NCBI GenBank assembly: GCA_964199315.1
Contig: OZ116704.1
Coordinates: 11,966,001 to 12,030,000, forward strand
Reading direction: 5' to 3'
From: Orbicella franksi
Lineage: Eukaryota
DNA: 64,000 nucleotides
Shown: positions 13,671 to 26,260 of the stretch, in pieces
Layout: each line of letters opens with the position of its first letter
Numbering within the stretch: position 1 is the first letter of the stretch
The notes under the pieces: model-generated
Told to the model about the DNA's origin: nothing
Seen by the model: only the letters and a program-made list of their open reading frames with translations
The model's database searches: none
Program-made: the position numbers and the translations under genes

Positions 13671-14807
13671 AATGAATGAGTTGCCAGTTTGCCCATGTTT
13701 GCGCAAAGAGCTCTGGGATCGTCAAGAGGCAAACATTGCAAGTCGCTAGATGGAAATGTATGGCGAAAAGATGTTTCGACGCCCAAAAACACGGTTTTGG
13801 GGAGAGATCAACGCTTTTTCGCCGTTGTTTTATCGCGAATGGATTTTGGCAATGTGGATAGATGGAAAATGTAAATTTTTGTTTTAATAACCGTGAAATA
13901 AGTGATAAAATTTACCGATAAACTCCCTTTAGCTTGCGTGAGGTTTATTGTGAAATACATTGAAGAGAATATTGAAAATTTCAATACACGCCTGATCTCG
14001 AGAGGCTACCCGGAGCAAATGGTAGAAAAGTCCCTCCGAGAAGTTAAATATAAAGACAGAAAAGAAGCTCTAAAACAGAAATCGAGAATTGTAGAAGGAA
14101 CTACTACCCTTTGTGTCGGGCAATTTCACTCAACCGTCAATACCAAACTTTGGAAAGCATAATCACGCACAAATGGCACTTTTAAATACAAATACTCAGA
14201 GATATATTCAAGGAGCCACCATTGATCTGCTATAGAAAAGGAAAATCGCTGAAATACGTGCTTGTAAAAGCAAAACAAAGGCTTTGAGCAACGCAGTAGC
14301 CACACAGCATGAGTCGCGCGGACTCATTTATTATTAAATCAACCCCAGACAGTACAATGATCGCCACCGGGCTCATTTCCAGTATTATTTGTATGACTGA
14401 GCTTTCAAATAAGCCAGAAGTAACCTGTATACAACTTAAAAGGCTTTACTGGGTTATTTCCTCTCGATTTATACCTAATTAATTTTGTAATATTTTTAGA
14501 CCATTACGCGATGTAAATTTCACAATAAACCTCACGCAAGCAACGGAGTTTATGGGTAGATTTTGTCACATATTTCACGGTTATTCAAACAAAAACTTAC
14601 ATATTCCACATATCAACATTGCCCAAATCCATTCGCGATAAAAACGACGGCGAAAAAGCGTTGATCTCTCTCAAAAATCGTTTTCTTGTACCTCAAAACA
14701 ACTTTTCGCCATACATTTCCTTCTAGCGACTAGCCATGTTTGCCCCCTGACGATCCCAGAGTTCTTCGCGCAAACACGGGTATCCGATTACTGGCAACTC
14801 ATTCATT
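13671..14807. mobile_element. Foldback/MITE-like element with ~290-bp imperfect terminal inverted repeats (13671-~13960 and ~14510-14807)
   Basis: AATGAATGAGTTGCCAG...CTGGCAACTCATTCATT termini; the arms are reverse complements along their length (e.g. GCTTGCGTGAGGTTTATTGTGAAAT / ATTTCACAATAAACCTCACGCAAGC). No TSD recognised. Confidence 0.8.
13962..14330 (+). mobile_element. Penelope-like retroelement fragment (RT C-terminal region), frameshifted
   Basis: EENIENFNTRLISRGYPEQMVEKSLREVKYKDRKEALKQK, then after a frameshift KWH..ILRDIFKEPPLICYRKGKSLKYVLVKAK. This matches the typical cnidarian PLE motif RGYP...KWHLI...EPP..SY.RGKSL.D.LV.AK. Confidence 0.8.
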
Positions 14808-15435
14808 GTTCACTCATTGCGCATGCGAAAAACATAAGCTTAGGTCGAAAGCGCTATCGACGAAAATAGTGCCCTGATGTAATCATTCTATTTAGCTGTG
14901 ATTGCATATTTAAATTTGGAACTCACGATTAACGAAGAGGAAACAGTTGCCAAAACTTATTTCCTTCAATACACACGGACAAATATTAACGGCAACGGCA
15001 ATCACCTTGGGCAATCACGATAAGCTAAATTTAAAAAAAAATCAACTTAAACTTGACGGTCAACAGTGGTGTCGGCCATTCGACCCTTAACGCTTAACCC
15101 CTTTCTAAACCCTCATCCAAAGGCGGTATCGGATGTAGGAGTAAAGGTTTGTTTTGCGTGCCAAGCGCCTTGTTTCAGACGACCCATATATAATTACATC
15201 CTTAGTTCTGGTTGCTAAATTGAGCTCGATACTCGTTGTCGTTGTTGCTTTTTCAGTTTTGTTTTGTTTTGTTTTGTTTTTGTTTTTTGTTTTGTTTTTT
15301 TCACCGATGTCATATCAGTAGGGATTTAGAATTTGACGTAAAGCAATATTCAGTGGAATCTGATTGAGCTATTTATATTGCACACCTGCTTGAACCGTGA
15401 GAGCTTTAAACTACTCAAAGCGTTCCAGACGAAGT

Positions 15436-15471
<36 letters not shown>

Positions 15472-16499
15472 AACGCCTAGAAAAGCTGATCCAACCAAAC
15501 AATATCGGCACTCTTTAGAAGTGTTTGAGAGACCTGAGGAGCACGAATTGCACGATTCCACATAGGGTTATAGCAAAAATCATTGCTATATAATTTTCGT
15601 TTAAACAGCAAGTCAGTCAACACCATTTGCGTCAACAGGTGAGCCCGGAAATACCATAGGTTATCTTAGAGTATATTTTAAGGTTCTATGTTTGGAAACA
15701 AGGCTGCAAAGTGTTCCATTTCTTTAATAACGTAAAAGGCGTTTGTATGAACAAGATCAAAGCCCCATCGAAATGACATTGAACGAGTTGCCAATGCCAC
15801 GGTTACCACTTCGGGTTAATTTCTGAGAGGTCTAGGCAAAACTTCTCTCATAATGAAATGGTATATCGTCGGTGTTCAATATAGGACTGTGTTGTTGTAG
15901 CAATGCTTTGCCTTTACATATATAAAGGCCCACCACTTATATAAACCTCGACGTTACGGTCCTTGATGTATTATGATACTGTCTTAGACTTTTCTCTGAT
16001 TGCTTCCTGTTCCCATCGGCTGTGTCACTCCATATCAACGACAATCATCCTTTGTGTGATCACACTTAATGTGAAAACGTAAAGAAGCCAGAAAATTAGT
16101 TTGCGAGAAATAATAACAGAGGACAGTTCGTGACCGCAAACGTTCAGATGACTTCTGGTAGCACAATCCACTTTCTCTACGGGCATTTCTAAAAAAAATT
16201 AAAACTCAAATAGAAGAAGGCCAGAAATTTGTTCATTGTCCTATCAATTCGAGCCTCCGCGATCCTTCATGACAAAACGGTCACAAATCAAGAGCTTTCT
16301 TCAGTTCATATAGTTGAAATCGTGGCATTTAGGCCTAATGAATTAATACTGCTCCTACCACGAGTTTCTAAAGTGTGGGGTATTTCATTTACGGGTGAAA
16401 TGTGAATAATCGTTCTCATGAGCGTTCACAATGAAAATATTAAAATGAGCGTACGAAACTCGCCGCCTGTGCTCTTCCATTCTCCGGACAAAGTAACAG

Positions 16500-18500
16500 T
16501 GATGATAGCCAAACTCTAACAAGCTCTGAAAAGTTTGGATGGTAAAGGCTCGCTTCTGTTACAGAAGTAATCGGCAATCGATTTGTAAAACAAAACTGAC
16601 CAAACCGAAGACGATAAGCTGTACCACTGACTCCCGATATATGTATATCGTCGCTTTCCCGTTAAACATTTTCATTGGAAAACAGTACCAATTCAATTTT
16701 AGTGAGACTTCAATTATACAAGAATGCCCGACTGATGTCTGACTGCTATGAGCTATTTTCAAAGAATCAAACTGCATGATGGATGTAAACTTGATCTCAT
16801 TGGGAGATATTAAGGGCAAGTCACTATAAGCAGAATGGATGGCCAGCCATCTGTCCAAGTTCAATAATTTGAACTCCCTTTCAACCAAGAAAGTTGTTTA
16901 TTCAGTTTACTGCTCTCGTGCTTTGCGATGTGGAGAACATTTGAACAATCCTTAAGTCAAATTCGCAGTAACACTTGTGCAATTGTGAAAAATAGTAGCG
17001 TTTCCTCTCTTTACCACCAACCTTTGTGTCATGTTATAGAATTTAGTTTTGATTCACGTGCAGTAGACTCGTCCTCCTCCCCTCCTCACAGCCAGAATCT
17101 TCATCGCCTAAACCATCAAAATTCCATGAACTGCGGAACAACTGCGGAAAATTTCCCAAACTGGTGTTAGCTTAAACAAGTCGTTTACGTTGAATTCAAG
17201 AAGTTGACGGACTTGAATCTTTTTTGGTTTCGATTCCAAGTTGATAAACCGACTCATGTAAATGGTTTCCATTAGCTCATCGTTTTCGTGAAATTCATGA
17301 CTCTGAGCAAGTCACTCTGCCTAGCTGTTAGCTGCATAACTTATGTGATTCTGCAGCACGTTTTCTGACGTCCTTCCTTGGGGATCCCATGGTGATCTGA
17401 ACTATCGATGGCGTATTTTTCGTTTGTTTCTTGTGTTCAGTCTGACTTGTGTCACCAACGATGAAAGTGAGTGGCGCAAGTTATACGCACGACCCATACA
17501 ATGCTTTCTCCCTGGTTAAACGTGTCCTAAACAATGTTTCGGCTCAAAACGTCTCTTACTGTTTAGATGGTAAATGTGCCATTACACAGCAAACTTATTC
17601 GAAGTTTTCAGGGTCAGTTTTCTGCCCTCAACGCGCTTTTGGTGTGATTCATGCCCTTTTGTGATTGTCAAAGTGGCTGCAGTAAACTGAACACCATTTA
17701 GTTGGCCATTTAACCTATTTAAATATTTAGTTCAAAGCAGAAGCTATTTGGCATCGACGTAATTACTGCAGAGTTTCATGGTATATGATCCAAGAACTAC
17801 GTGAAACTGGACCTGAGGCAATCTTCGCACGCACCACAGCTTAATGAGGAATGAAGGCAGTTTTTTCGAGGTCGGGTGAAATAGTGCAAGCTTAAATTAA
17901 ACCGTGTTATGATGAAAACCCCAGGAGTTTCAGTGGAAGTTTGAAATAATAGCAAATGTCTTTCTTTTACCAGGTCCCAGCTTGGTTGGTTTATATTTCG
18001 CGTTTCCACCAATTTTCACTGCATGAGATAAAGAATCTCTTCCTACTGAATCGACCTGCTTTCTAGATCTGTCAAGGCTCGATACTTTCGCTCAGTACCA
18101 CGGAAATGGACGATATTAAATGTAGATGCAATCTTCCGATCACAAGGTATTAATTTCACAAATCAAGTTTCTGTAGAACTACTAGACGAATCTCTGGATT
18201 TATATTTTTGCAAATGAAAAGTCTTGAAAACCTGCTGATTTATTCCCTACTATAGACTACTCACATCAGTACTTTTAAAGCAAACAGTTTCCTTTGATAG
18301 AGTTCTAAGTTCAACTTCAGGGAGAAATGCATGTTTTCACTCCACTTGTTGAAGTCCCCTGCACAAAGAATACAAGTTACAAAGTATATTCGCTGGAAGA
18401 TTTGAAAGCCGTGCTGACGATTTTAATGTGATTTCGCTTCAAAGAACCTCAGTTAAGTTGCTGATAAAATGAGCTATATATGTATATAGTCACGGAAGGC
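16500..18500 (-). pseudogene. Decayed coding sequence of unidentified family, copy 1
   Basis: Alignable with 24500-26260. Minus-frame peptides GRAYNLRHSLSSLVTQVRL, HENDELMETIYMSRFINL...LLEFNVNDLFKLTPVWEIFRSC, QLHKCYCEFDLRIVQMFS and LDRWLAIHSAYSDLPLI, interrupted by stops and frameshifts. Boundaries are approximate. Confidence 0.55.
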
Positions 18501-19665
18501 GTTTCTTGACAAAATAGCCATTTTGCATGTTTGTAATTCGTAATCCGTCTAAAACTTGTCAGTAATAGCCATTCTTGTTTATTTTCGGGGATTTCCTATA
18601 ATTTTGGTGTTATTCTACCTTAGGAATCTAAGGTAGGTTCACGCCTTCAATTTAAAACTTGACAGGGAATGACTTAAAATATCGTGACAAGCCTAAGCCG
18701 CTGAAACAATTTGGCCTCATTCTTAATAACAGTAAGTTGAATGTTACTAAAGCCGGAGACGAAACAGACATTCACCTTCCCTTGGCTTAATCCTATAGGT
18801 CTTCGTCTAGGGTGTTAATATTTTGGTTTCTGTTGGTCGAGGTTTGATTAGGTCTTTCAGCATTGTTTATCACCTGCATTTTGTAACATATCTGTGAACG
18901 ATGAAATTGAAGTAAAACAGCCATGCAGAACAGTTCTGTTCGTTTAAAATCAAAGGAAAGAAATGCTGTGGAAGTTGTTACCATTTCAATTCATGTTTCT
19001 TGATATTTGTTACTTTTCTAACATAGTGGTCAACACGCTAACACAATATTGCGAATGCACAGCAAAGCTACACTTTCGAGCTAGTTTGGATCCGGAGCAG
19101 TTTTTATAATCCTACATAACAATACACTAAGCGATGCAGCGATGCACGTGAATTTAAAAGCAATCACTGTACATAAAACAATGTTTATTGAAATCATTAG
19201 AACGTTACCTGTACGAGAATCATAACGGTACTGTAGTGATAGTGGGAAGCTCGAATTGAACGATACTAGTTTGCTGATACTAAGCCTGCATTCTGCTACC
19301 AGGCGAGTAAACAGAAAATACGAACTGGCATTCATATCCATAGGTTAAGTTAAAACACAAGTTTGGAACACAGTTGTGTAATCTATCGTGCGGAAATTTT
19401 GTTGCTTTGGCTGATCAACGTCGTGCCGACTTTCATGCCATCATGATCAACAATTCCTCAATCGATACTGCATGACCCACAGTAGGAATGAAGCCTTTTT
19501 ACTGTCGAGATCTAAATTTCTATGTGAATAAAATATTCACCATAACAAAACAAAAAAATATAAATAAATCTTCAAGTAATGAATGGAAAAGATAGGAAGC
19601 TAAGTGTTACAGTAAACACTTCTCGAGCAGGATGCTCGTAGCGACAGAGAGCCATTCGGTATAAT

Positions 19666-19775
19666 ATGGCGGCCTCTCGATTTGTTCATGTTTCGGGTGA
19701 AGAAATAAATGATTTGAAACAAAATACTACTCCGTAAAAGGTCAAAGAAGCCACTAAATGTTGCGTATTTCTTTT
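19666..19775 (+). mobile_element. 5' coding remnant of a Crypton/DUF3504-type element
   Basis: MAASRFVHVSGEEINDLKQNTTP*KVKEATKCCVFL resembles the MASRF..VSEEEI..LKENA.P.NTK.ATK N-terminus common in coral Crypton-like repeats (recalled pattern). Confidence 0.45.
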
Positions 19776-19783
19776 GCAATTGA

Positions 19784-20070
19784 AATTTGTGCAAAATTTC
19801 CTTCATTCAAGAAGAATGGTTTCAACAAGAAAGTGTGGGAGTAGACCAGATGAAAAATGTCTATGCCTCTCTTGGGAAGGAAGGCAATTTTTTTTTATAA
19901 AGCTTCCTGTCAGTCCCGGCAGAGCTCGTTCCAAGTTTGTGCAAAATTTCCTTCATTCAGAAAGAATCGTTTCAGCAACAAAAGTGTGGAGTACAACAAA
20001 TGAGAAATGTCTATGTCTCTGTTGGGAAGAGGAAGAGTTTCCTGTCAGTCCCAGCGGAATTCGTTCCTCA
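19784..20070 (+). repeat. ~150-bp diverged tandem duplication
   Basis: TTTGTGCAAAATTTCCTTCATTCA...TTTCCTGTCAGTCCC occurs twice (~19785 and ~19935); it explains the internal repeat of ORF 19774-20298. Confidence 0.85.
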
Positions 20071-21791
20071 ACCAATGTAGGCACCGCCACGATTCAATTT
20101 GTGATAGTCAGTTTTTCGGTGAAGCCAATAAAGCACCTAAGCAGAAGTCTTCTACAAATAGCACGAGAAAGAAAATGCATGCAGATCAATCTGTGGTTCT
20201 TCGACTCCTCTTTGGTTGACGGCGAAGACAGAACTCAGCATGAAATGATAAAGAATTTTTGTAATAACACACGGATGAGGGGCAATGGCTTGGGTTGAAT
20301 AAAAGCGAGTCTGCGTGAAACCAAGACAAGCGGAACACGGACGAACTTGACGGTTATGAAGAACAACACTAAAAAGGATGAAGGCCTTTGCCGTTTTAAG
20401 ATGTCCAGTTGAAATCCGCCAAGTAGTCACGGTTCTGAGCAGGCCGTGATCTTAACATTCATAAGCATTATTCCAGCGACTGAGGAATTCCTTTTTCAGC
20501 ACCAAACTTAATTCTGAAGACAACATATGATACAATTGAAGGTTAGAAATCTTAGACAAGGCTTACTCTATTGACGAAAGATGTGGAATCCGCTGCCATA
20601 TGTAACCACACATTCGTTGAGAGCGACCACAGTTAATGTCTTATCTGTAAAAGAATGTGCTTACAACGGCCCATTAAATCAAAGAGAACAAGAGTGATAC
20701 AAAGCATACAAAGGAAATGCAGAATACCCTGATGGTGAAAGCGAAAACAAATCTTTATTCAACGTGTGAAGTAGATACTTCGATACCTTATATCTATACC
20801 TAAGTCCATCAAGCAAATATCGAAATATTTACCTTGCTCATTAGTTCACGGAGAAAACAGACCTGATAATGTACCGTTGGTACAATTACTGAGTTGTACT
20901 TTTGTTCGATCGAAGATTCCCTTGCGACCACAGGTAATGGTTCCTCTGCAAAAACAAAATGTGTGTATAACGGCCCGTCAGAATGAAGCAACCAAAGAGC
21001 AAAAGAGAGAGATATATGCATAAAAAGCAAATGCGAAAAGCCCCATGCATCGCTAAAAGCATATACTATAGCTTTATCCAGAACGTGTCAGGAAGATCTT
21101 TTGACATCTATCTGTATCTATTTGGGACTATTTTGTTACAAGGTGTGTCGAGTAAATTTCGAAATCGTTACCTCTTTTGGCAGTTCAAGAAGAACATAGA
21201 TCTTAGGGTATTGCTGGCCCCTCAAGCGTGTCTGGTGCCTGCACAGTTACAGTTACTGAGTGCAACCTTTGACAGATCGAAGAATGCCTTTGAGCCAGGG
21301 CAGTCACGAGGAAAAACTTGGTGAAACTCTACCCTCCGGAAGTCTTTCAAAATTACTCCCCTTGACCATCAAGGAGCATTAACGCAAAAAGATAAACATT
21401 CACACAATAGATGCATTCGGGTGAATGCACCTTTTTTCTCTTATCGGTAAAATCAATCAATCGATTGCGAAAGAATATGAGGAGCCATGTGATCTGCGCG
21501 CTTCACTTGTCACATTCCATCACGCGCGATTCCTCTACCAATAAAGTGCTAATAAACAACAATAACTTAAGTGCCAAATTCAACAGCAGTTTCCAGGAAG
21601 GACAATATAAAATAATAATCAAACTAAAGCAAAAAAAAAACTTAAATTTGCTTTCCCCTCTCAGAGGGGGAAGAAGTCTTTCAGATCAGTGTGAACGGAA
21701 CTAATTTTAAGTTAAGTTGCCTACTTTGTAGTCGTGGCAACGTATCTTTTTCAAAAGAGCCGAGGAGCACTTTTAAGTCGAGGAGCTCAAC

Positions 21792-22237
21792 CCCGGGGGG
21801 TACTCCCATAAATTTTGGATAGGTGTGTGCCGCGAAGGGTCCTAAACCCTGACCCTATTTAAGGATGAATCAAACGAAAATTGATACCCTATTTAAAGCC
21901 CAAACCCGAAAAATGACACCCTACGCAAGGGAAAAACAAAAACTCGAAATAGCTTGAACGGCGACTAACGACTAACCGCCACGGAAAATCACAATCTTTA
22001 TAAAAATTAACTTTAACAGATCATTTGTTTTCCGCTTAAGTGGGTGTTTACGCACTGCTATTGTAGCTGATACAATTTAGGCACCCTATCTAAGGATCAC
22101 ACCGGGACACTATGCCAACATGGGCGAAAATGATACCCTATTTATGGATCGAGAACCTCAAAAAACCATACTATTACCCTATCCCGCGGCACATACCTAT
22201 ATAGCCCATATAGGGGAGTACCCCCTTCCCCCCCGGG
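21792..22237. mobile_element. 446-bp MITE with CCCGGG termini and 8-bp TSD
   Basis: CCCGGGGGGTACTCCC ... GGGGAGTACCCCCTTCCCCCCCGGG; TSD AGCTCAAC at 21784-21791 and 22238-22245; internal ACCCTATTTA subrepeats. Confidence 0.9.
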
Positions 22238-22674
22238 AGCTCAACCGTCCTTACCAGCTTACTTATGCACTATCAAAAAACAATTTCAGCGAACTGAATG
22301 TCAATCAAACGTGAATTTTCTTCGGCATATCAGAACACGCAAGATTTGCTGTACGGTACGCACACCATTTTCGATCTACTCGCTTGCTTTCGTATTTGTG
22401 GCTTTTGGGCAAAAAAGACATGGAAAATGGAAAGCTCCAACTTCCATCAGTTAATAACAGTAATAATTAGCCCTACTTTCCTCGGGTTGAAAGATGAATG
22501 GAGTAAGTGTTCATGTGCTCCCTGGCACATTTACTATAATGAAATTTACAAGGCCGTACCGCGCCGGGATATTTAGGTACAACCAAGCTTTTTGTTCCTT
22601 TAGTAATAACTTTAATCCAGGGCAGCCCATGAATGGCTGTCACTTGAAGTATACTTATAGACTTAAATATAGAT

Positions 22675-22796
22675 GCGTTATTGACCAGGCGTGAGGTCAA
22701 GATGGCTGGATATTGGCCAAGTTCTTTTTTTTTTTTTGCGTGTTTATTGACCGAGACAGAGTCGAGGTCCATAAACTCGCCAAAAAAAAAAAAAAA

Positions 22797-22828
<32 letters not shown>

Positions 22829-23005
22829 GACAAGTTGGTCAATAATGGATTTAATTATATATTATTTATCAATTTATCATATATTTCGGGACACAGCGGG
22901 TACTCCCAAGAGGACCAGCAAGATAGCGCCTCCTTGCCCGCTCGGCTAGTCAATAACAGCGCAGGATTTGGTTTATCTTGCCCGCTCGAGGAGTTAGCCG
23001 TATAA
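22675..23005. repeat. Hairpin-type interspersed repeat (non-autonomous, Crypton-like)
   Basis: TTATTGACCAGG..GGTCAAGATGGCTGGATATTGGCC is the inverse of GGCCAATATCCAGCCATCTTGACC..GGTCAATAA; followed by twin TTGCCCGCTCG motifs. Confidence 0.7.
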
Positions 23006-23792
23006 TGAAGAACGGTAGTCCTACAAGTTCTTAAAAATACTTGAGCTTTAACCATATTTAAGGTCTTGTTACTACGTTAGTGTAAACAGCTATGATACTA
23101 AATTTCAAGAAAAAGAAAATAGGAAATATTTGCGAAAATTGGCATGCTTAATCAAGACGGATAACTGGAATATACCAGAGTGTTCAAGAATGTACACGTG
23201 AAGTGTTAAAGTTGAATTCGGAAAAACACGCCGAATTCTAAAAGGATATTCTAGGTGTATTTCGAGTCAGGCGTCCTTGAATGCATCAGAATATTTCAGT
23301 TTACGTGACCGGCTCCGATCCTTATTCGTGCTCTAAAATTTTTTTGATTCAGTTTTTTGTTTTATTTTGTTTTTTTGCGCCGTGTGAGAAATCGCCGAAA
23401 ATCATCTGATAACTGAGATTCCAGCACTCACGTGAAGACCTTACTACTGAACTGACAACTCAACTCCCGATTGCCGTGGATTTCTGATCTGCATTGCAAG
23501 GTTTACAAATGGCACATTTCATACAGTTACCGTATATACCACTAAATGTACAATTACACCGGTGCACATATTGCGTGCGCTTTGCCAGAATACTCCATAG
23601 AGTCTGCATTCTATATCACCTGTAACTTCACGTGTTTCTTGAACACTTCACGTGTTCACGCGTGAATTGTCTTTATTAATACACTCGCTCACCGATTGGT
23701 GTTTCAAGCAATCTGATTTGTTTGCTTTCTCTGGTTAAAGAGCGTTAGTCACTCCCTACCGAGTGAATAATGTGTGATTCAAACAAAAATAA

Positions 23793-23912
23793 ATGGCTGG
23801 CGTAAACTCCCGTTTCGCCAGCGTTTCTGCATCGCAAATCCTGAGAATACAAGAAGATGTTGTACTAGAAAATACAAAGAAGACTAAGTAACTTGGCCTG
23901 GAGTTTTCAAAG
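23793..23912 (+). mobile_element. Second Crypton/DUF3504-type 5' coding remnant
   Basis: MAGVNSRFASVSASQILRIQEDVVLENTKKKTK*LGLEFSK followed by a GTAAGA donor; preceded by CCAAT-like ATTGG boxes. Confidence 0.45.
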
Positions 23913-24499
23913 GTAAGAAAAGACTTACCGACGTTCGACGTTCTAACAGTTTCAGAACATGTCCTTGGCAATCCAACATTTTATCAATCTGAGTCAAGTC
24001 AGTCCTCTTCACCCGGCATTGGCAGAAGCATCATGCGCGGTTCATCCAAGCACTGACCTCCACAGATATTCAGAAAGTCTTTATGCCAGAAAACGTCCAA
24101 TTTTCACCACAGCCCTGCTCACATAGTATAATTTCAGGTGAATCTTCGCCAACTGTTCTTTCAGTTCTCATTTTGGGTGAACAGTAAAAATGTTTTACAA
24201 GCAGACTTTCGATTTAAATTGCTGATTTAACAATGTCAAAGGACCATTTTGCTAGATTATGACGCTATATTTGAAGATTGTGTAAATAGTTTCGCGCATG
24301 TTTTGAATCGCTCGCACCTTTTCCACTCATGAATTAAGAGGTCGATTAAATCTTCTTTTAATGGTTTCCTTCTGAAAATGTTGAGATCGTCTGTTGTTGA
24401 GATCACTTTGTGTGTATATACTAAAACATGCAATTATCCTTTTTAATCTCGGTGACTGTTCACCGCGATTTCAAAGAATAATTGTTCCATACTTCAGGC

Positions 24500-26260
24500 T
24501 ATGATGTCACGATTGCGTATCACAGACCAAAATATTCTGGCATATTTTCGCTTTAGTGCACTGTGGGCCATGCTCCCAGCTGGACATTTTGCTTTTCTGT
24601 GGGCATTTCAAAAAAATGACTTGCGGCGATCCCTGTCAAAGGGACAATTTCTTCAAGAACGATCAGATACGGACAATATTTTTTCTGTGATAATCTTCCA
24701 GCCGACCTTGTTTGCCAACGAGACTCGTGAAGCTCTATCCAGTTTAAAACTTATTATTTGCAAAATTCAAAACTGACCACACATAAGACTATACCAAGTA
24801 CCCATTAACAGGCTTGCATTTTAACCCCAACATGTATACCGACGCTTCGCATTTAACACTTCGATTGGAAAATACTACCAGTTATCTTAACTCATCGAAA
24901 TTCAATATTCTAAGCTTAAACTTTACTATTACACTACTTTTGATCTGCCCTGACGTCTCTGAAAAAGGCGAGATTCCCTTGTTTCAATATGTTTTAGCAA
25001 GACTTCAGTCATACAAGTATTCGCTAATCGTGAGCTGAGTTATTTCCAAAGAATCAAACTACGTAATTCATGAATGTAAACTTGATTTCTTAACAAAATA
25101 TTAAGGGCAAGCCACTGTAAATAAAAGGATGGGTAACCATCTCTTCAAAACATTTAAATGAGTTTGAAAATGCGAGCTTCCTTTCAGTGTACAAATTTGT
25201 TTACTCAGGCGGCTTTATGCATTCGTGCTTGGCCGTGGAAAAAATTTGGACAATCCTCGAGTCAAATTCGCAGTCTTGCTTGTGCAACTGGGGTTTCGTT
25301 TTTCGCCATGCACCAACCTTTGTGGCACGGAATGGAATAAAATTTTGATTCACCCGCTAAAGGCTCGTCCTTCTCCGCAATCTCCATCGCCTGTACCATC
25401 AAACTGAACTGCGAAACAACTCAGAAAAATCTCGCAATCTGGTGTTACCTGAAACAGGCCGTTAACCCTGAATTTAATCAGTAGAACTGCACCTTTATCG
25501 GTGTTAGGATGTGTCACTAAGAAAAGCTGTACATATTTCAAAGTTGATCAGTGAACCGACTTGAGGTAAAGTTTCCATTAGTTTTTGATTAACCATGATT
25601 TCAGGCGCAAAATCAATCTGCCCTTCTCTTAGTAGCATAAATTGTGATTCTTGTGCACGCACTCCGGGGTCCTTTTCCTTGTCTCTCCTGCTCTTATCAA
25701 GGCTGAATTGAAACTTGAATGGACGTATCTTTCTTCTGTTTTTCAGTCTAGTTTGATTCACGACCGATGAAAGTACATGACTCAAATTATAGGCTCGATA
25801 CATGGAAGGCTTTCCGCGCCAGTGTTAAACGTGTTCAAAACATATTTGGGCTGGAAAACGAATTTTGCTTTGGTGGTGAATGCCATCACATGACAGCTTG
25901 TTCACTTACTCGACGTTTGGGTTTCATTTGGGTCATTTTTAATACCTACACTGCGATTTTCGTATCATTCAGTTCATACCCTTTCATGATTGTGTTTGTG
26001 ACTGAGGTAAAACACCATTTAGTTAGTATTTTAACGTAATATGTAGTTTAGTGAACAAAAGCTATTTTCTGCAGATTTTCGAGTTGTACTATAGTCTATA
26101 CACCATGTGAAATGTGAACTTGGGCCAAGGCATTGATTGCACTAAGGTCCAAACTCGTACGCACTATTGCTCAAAGTGAAAACAGTTTTTCCGTGGTCGG
26201 GTGAACCGACAACGCTGGGAGAGTCAGTAGAATTTTCGAACACTCTTTGAACACTTAAGT
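24500..26260 (-). pseudogene. Decayed coding sequence of unidentified family, copy 2
   Basis: Minus-frame peptides YRAYNLSHVLSSVVNQTRL, LLIKFRVNGLFQVTPDCEIFLSCFAV and QLHKQDCEFDSRIVQIFS. Differences from copy 1 are often synonymous in this frame (cgt/cga, gcg/gcc, aac/aat, cac/cat). Confidence 0.55.

Noticed and set aside
16928-17664. Plus-strand ORFs similar to 25158-25340 and 25767-26039
   Set aside because: The similarity is real, but stop-codon density and synonymous patterns favour the minus strand as the ancestral coding strand.
19774-20298. 174-aa ORF with internal repeat
   Set aside because: Explained by a ~150-bp tandem duplication; TTG start and no family motif.
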